A DNA stretch of 27,984 nucleotides from Octopus sinensis. Taxonomy: Eukaryota. Under the pieces are notes generated by a model, which saw only the letters and a program-made list of their open reading frames with translations, made no database searches and had not been told where the DNA came from. Both the position numbers and the translations under genes were made by a program. The DNA is taken from assembly GCF_006345805.1 (NCBI RefSeq), contig NW_021834083.1:1-27984 (forward strand). Reading direction: 5' to 3'. Position 1 is the first letter of the stretch; each line of letters opens with the position of its first letter. Shown here piece after piece: positions 24,440 through 27,984 of this stretch.

Positions 24440-26086
24440 CAGAATTCAAATGCCACCCAAGGAGAAGGTTGCTGGTCGGTACCAGTTTTTTTGGAAATCA
24501 ATTAAAGGCAGAAAGAAGAGAGTGACAGAATTATTGAAAGAGGTGACACTACTGTGAAGAGATAAGCTGAATTTTCCAATCATTTCCCGGCTCAAAAATG
24601 TGCTTCATTTGTATGACAAATGCACCTAAAAAAGACAATTTGAGCCATTAGAGGAACTGTTCAATATCAACAAAGTCTGCAATGAATGGCTCAATGCTGA
24701 TGATAAAATGCTTTACTCTATGCAACTCCAAAGCCAGGGCAAAATGGGTTATTCAACAAGTAAAGCTGCAAGCAAGCACACTATCCATAATTCCAAGAGG
24801 AGATGCTCGGATGCTGAAGCCTCCCATTCTTTATCAAACTCATCAACCCTGAAGTGACTCTGAAGAAGAAGAGATTGAAGAGTACAATTATGGTGAAGAT
24901 GACAGAGTTGATCAAAACGATATAGATAGTGATGTCACTTATTCTTCCACAAGAAGGAACAATAAATCTGCAATTGGTATGAGATTTGTAACTGAAACAA
25001 ATGTCTCTACCTACAAAGCTGCGAAAATCTGCAAAGAATTGTCAGAGGAGGACATTGATATCCCAGCTTCTAGTCAGCAAGGCATTTTACAATGCACTGT
25101 TTGAGAAAGCTGGTGTAATGACGAAACACTTGATCAATACACTAAGCAATCAGAAATGGGACCTGCATTTTGATGGTAAACATATTGACGGAAATGAATA
25201 TCAAGTGATAATCATCAAGACAAAACAAGTGAAATTAAGCTGGCTGCTCTGAAGCTGTGTGGTGACAAGGTCGAGACCATTGCAGAGGGATTGAAAAGCA
25301 TCTTGGATGAATTTCACTTTTAGGGTGAAATCTTAATGATTATTGCTGATACGACGAGTGTGAATACCGGATGAAAGAGTTGGGTAGTGGTTAGACTGCA
25401 GAGAATTTCTTGAGCAAATGCTATGATGAGCCACAATTCATGAGCAACCAACACCGTGTCTTGGACAGAATCCTGCATATTTTTATGGATGAAGAGCTAG
25501 CTAGTGCAAGCAATTCACTCAACATCGGATATTTTCTTGTCAAAGAACTCATGACAAGTTATGAAGAACTCCAAGGCTCCTTCCAGAATGGAAATCGTCA
25601 TAGTAGATCAAGCAGGTTGGAGAGATGATATGAAGTTTCTGCTTCACTTACCCATGCCTTCAAGTTCTTCCATGGAAAGAGAGACATCCCTTTCATCAAG
25701 TTTCAGAAAATTCCAAACATCAGTAATGCCAGATGGAATTTGCAAACAATCCTAGCCCTTCTTATATTTTTACTTACGTCACATGTGAGAGATTGCAGAT
25801 GGTCTGCCAGTTCATCTCATATGACTGGGCAGACCACTGGTTCAGTGACCAAGTGTATAGAGCTGAAGATTATGCAGAGCTATCACAAACCTTACTACTC
25901 TACAAGACTTCTTTGAAATGCTTGACAAATCACTGGAAACAAGAGCCCTCAAAACTAAAGATTAGCAGAAGCAATTAATGCTATGAGTGAGCAATTAAGG
26001 TCATGCAAGAACTACACACCACATGCAAGAACAAAGCTAACCTGCCATTGAGTTTCATTCTCTCTATTAGAATTGCCGCAACTTGA
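24440..26086 (+). mobile_element. Decayed DNA transposase, hAT-superfamily-like (hATm/hATx type)
   Basis: Across frames: LHFDGK, IADTTSVNTG, WRDDMKFL, ISNARWN, SRSN..E.AIKVMQEL; many stops and frameshifts. Confidence 0.72.
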
Positions 26087-26429
26087 CTATTGACTAATTT
26101 GACTTTATATGACTTACCTTCTTTTTATTGGTCTGGAATGTAGAATATAATTCTTTTAACAGTTATGGATCTTTTTTTCCTTTATTGTTTATTATTCTAT
26201 CAGGGTCCTAGTTTTTGGAAACCCACCCAAAAGCAACCAAATATAAAAATTTCAAAGTTAGTCATGAGTGAACTTTTTTGAGCAAATAGAAAAAAAACAT
26301 TGATTTTCATAGTCTTCTAGCAAAAACTCGACAGAATATGATACAGGACTACGGAGTTACAAAAAAGTTGTATCCTCAGTGCACACAGCACGTTGAGATA
26401 CTGTGACCAGGTTTTGGGTAGGTGTTCTG

Positions 26430-26541
26430 CTTGCTATGGGCAGGTCTTCTTGAGCATGGCAGGGCACCAACCCTCCCAATCCATTGTCATCTCTTCTGTA
26501 AGGCTCAGCATTTTGAGATCAGTTTGCACAACCTCATCCCA
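26430..26541 (-). mobile_element. RTE LINE C-terminal remnant
   Basis: WDEVVQTDLKMLSLTEEMTMDWEGW, typical of the end of an RTE ORF. Confidence 0.65.
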
Positions 26542-26939
26542 TACTGGTGACAAAGATCTCTAATTGCATTTACTAAGACATCTGGAGATGATGCAATACT
26601 ACTATTTAGTGCATCATTTTTATGAAACAAACAATTAGTATTGCATCATCTTTGAAGGAATGATGAAACATTGCATCATAATTCAACAAGTATAAAACAT
26701 TGACAGCCTGCCAACTATTCATTTGTCCTTTGTAATCCTTCCACGAAATATCAAAGAATCAAAAGCTAAGCCTTGAAGAGATTTCACAATTGTTATCCAG
26801 CTTCCATAAAGAATGGGAAAAAATTATTTGTGATGAATCTTCTTTTCCTGAAGATGATAATGAACATGATCATGCCAATATTGCCTGTTCAGAATTGGAT
26901 ATGATGAGAACAAAATGATTCTTCAAATCCTTCGATGAT

Positions 26940-27300
26940 GCATGTAGAACATTATTTGAAGGATAAGTCTGAAACTGAAAGGACTCAGGAAGAACACAAT
27001 TGAAAGGGCACAAGAAGAACTCCATCCTACAATGTTTACATGAACAGCTTGGACCTTCCCATTTTGCAAGTAGATTTTATGATTCAGCTCTTTCATCATT
27101 TATATTATTCATGAAGCCAAATCTGGAAATCCAAATATGGACAAATGCTGAAGGAACTTGGGTCTATAAAGATAAGTGAATAGAAATAAACTCTGCTGAA
27201 TTTAGAAAGTCTATTGGATTGATTATTCTTATTGTAGTTTCCAAATCAAATCATGCAAACATTACTCAAACTTAGAGTTTTGGAGACAGACACCCCCTTT
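26940..27300 (+). mobile_element. piggyBac-like transposase fragment
   Basis: GPSHFA, WTNAEG.WVYKDK*IEINSAEFRKSIGLIILI..SKSNH, resembling the N-terminal part of PGBD transposases. Confidence 0.65.
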
Positions 27301-27516
27301 GCAAATACACACACATGAATGCATAAATGTACATATAAACTTATATATGAATACATACATCCACATGCACATATATATTGGTGACGTACACAAATACATA
27401 ACAGGTATATATAATACTGAAATAAGCAAGCCATATTGATTCCTGTGTGTAGAAATCAATGGCTTCATAAAGTACAACTGTAACAACTAATGGGAAACAA
27501 ACGCATACATACATAC

Positions 27517-27984
27517 ATCATCATCATTTAACGATGCTAGCATGAGTTGGATGGTTCGACCAGGGTCTGGGAAGCAAGGAGTGTGATGGAATCTGTTTTC
27601 TGAGCATCTGTGGTGTCTATTGCCCCTGTGCATCTGCTGCACATGAAAGCTATCTTCTCAGTTAGTTTTCCTCTGATGTTGCTACACCTCTTATGCGTCC
27701 ATAGCTTACATTGGGTACATCTTAAAGAGTTTCTACCTACACCTTTTCTACAGATTGAGCGGGGCCACCTACTTAAGGGTGTGTGTGATGAGTTCACCTT
27801 CCTACTTAAATAACTTTGGTCTTCGCTACATTTACTATAAGGCCTTTTGATTCTAAACCTAACTTCCACACCCAAAATTTCTTTTCTAGTTCCGGTAGTG
27901 ATTCTGTTATGAGGGCCAGGTCATCAGTATAGAGGAACTCCCAGGGGCAACCCATCTTGAATTCCTCTGTTATTGCCTGGAGGA
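27517..27984 (-). mobile_element. RTE-type LINE fragment (RT end plus PHD-like finger, internally deleted, (GAT)n tail); continues beyond the window
   Basis: GCPWEFLYTDDLAL..GLIVNVAKTK; SICRKGVGRNSLRCTQCKLWTHKRCS..CSRC; tail gttaaatgatgatgatg. Confidence 0.82.

Noticed and set aside
24428-26381. CACTGA...TCAGTG as TIRs of the transposon
   Set aside because: Only a 6-bp match with no TSD; could be chance.

Overview
AT-rich, microsatellite-laden animal genomic DNA, most likely octopus (inferred from the SINE families and RTE types, recognised from memory). The left end holds a full-length Tx1/L1-type LINE (36-5900, minus strand) inserted in a GATA array with a 12-bp target-site duplication (TSD). 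The middle holds many tRNA-derived SINEs and simple repeats, a 482-bp tandem repeat with a type I hammerhead ribozyme in each full unit (retrozyme/Penelope-like), a TSD-flanked SINE dimer whose 3' hairpin tail matches the Tx1 LINE tail, a 209-bp satellite and a 95-bp CT minisatellite. The right end is a cluster of decayed RTE, hAT-like and piggyBac elements. Six small unique islands on the minus strand look like frameshifted exons of a divergent multi-pass membrane gene, possibly TMBIM/Lifeguard-like (tentative). Most ORFs in the supplied track are artefacts of simple repeats.
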